A DNA stretch of 64,000 nt. It comes from a bacterium (GTDB lineage: Bacteria > Hinthialibacterota > Hinthialibacteria > Hinthialibacterales > Hinthialibacteraceae). Position 1 is the first letter of the stretch. Each line of letters starts with the position of its first letter. A program made the position numbers and the translations under genes. This document shows positions 63,372 to 64,000 of the stretch, piece after piece. The notes below the pieces were generated by a model. It made no database searches. It was not told the DNA's origin and saw nothing but the letters and a program-made list of their open reading frames with translations. The stretch covers positions 64,001-128,000 of the forward strand of contig CAXXSM010000118.1 of the NCBI GenBank assembly GCA_963663405.2, read 5' to 3'.

Positions 63372-63673
63372 AATAACGCTCCTTGATTTATGTTGTTTGT
63401 ATCCTTGATTTCCTGTGAGTATAATGGCCGCAGAAGGCGATTGGATACGATTGGATTGTATATTCGATTATACACAAATCAGCGAGAATCGTAATCTGAA
63501 GCCGATTTCAAAAAGTCGATTCAATCAAAATATAAGATGAATAAACCGTCATGTTCAATTTACAAAATACTAACGTTTCCCATATAAAAAGGAGAAGATT
63601 TGATTGACCGATATGTGGTATAATGGGCTCGCGAATTAATCTATCCAATCGAGAATTCACGGAGATTCATATT

Positions 63674-64000
63674 ATGAAATTCGGATTGTTTCACCATAGT
63701 CGATCCATAACCGATTCTGCGTTCACATTAATTGAATTATTAATCGTCGTCGCGATCATTGGCATTCTCGCGGCGATCGCCGTACCCAATTTTCTCAACG
63801 CGCAGATCCGAGCAAAAGTCGCTCGTTGTTTAGGGGATCTACGCTCCATTCAAACAGCGCTGGAGATGTACCGCACGGACAACAACGTCTACATGATGGG
63901 TCCCGCGGGATTAAACGAAACAATCGGAAGCAATTTTGAAGGTGACCGCGTATGGCGGCAGCTGACTACCCCCATCGCATACCTTCCCTCTTTTCTGCGC
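63674..64000 (+). CDS. Prepilin-type N-terminal cleavage protein (partial, runs off the window)
   Basis: MKFGLFHHSRSITDSAFTLIELLIVVAIIGILAAIAVPNFLNAQIRAKV...LTTPIAYL. Extended -10 TGGTATAAT at 63616-63624 and GGAG RBS. Confidence 0.88.
   Translation, partial: MKFGLFHHSRSITDSAFTLIELLIVVAIIGILAAIAVPNFLNAQIRAKVARCLGDLRSIQTALEMYRTDNNVYMMGPAGLNETIGSNFEGDRVWRQLTTPIAYLPSFLR

Noticed and set aside
146-63386. Numerous antisense or overlapping ORFs in the track (e.g. 351-1196, 1740-2333, 16148-16711, 38532-39110, 44016-44576)
   Set aside because: They are shadows of well-supported genes and have no recognisable motifs or RBS.

Overview
Bacterial chromosomal window. Its gene content (many Tat-exported sugar enzymes, orphan 'FTLIELLIVVAIIGILAAIAVPNFLNAQ' pilin paralogs) resembles Planctomycetota- or Sumerlaeota/Hinthialibacterota-type genomes; this placement is inference only. 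Contents in order: Tat-signal oxidoreductases and a GH30-like hydrolase; a beta-propeller histidine kinase with a NarL-type regulator; a three-gene operon of [NiFe]-hydrogenase large subunit, Tat-exported small subunit and a c-heme (CxxCH) methyl-accepting chemotaxis protein; a MoxR/DUF58/DUF4159/TPR operon; a Phd-VapC toxin-antitoxin pair; ggt; several glycoside-hydrolase-like genes; an integrase+IS91-like element inserted in a TAXI-type gene; a sigma54-driven type II secretion (Gsp) operon ending in its own two-component system; and galE. In the hydrogenase operon, the large subunit and the chemoreceptor are each split by a different IS, and both rejoin exactly in frame when the IS is removed. 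The Gsp operon has many frameshifts that look like long-read errors. The best candidate for an undescribed system is the hydrogenase-heme-MCP operon, a possible periplasmic H2-sensing chemoreceptor module. No rRNA, tRNA or CRISPR array was recognised.
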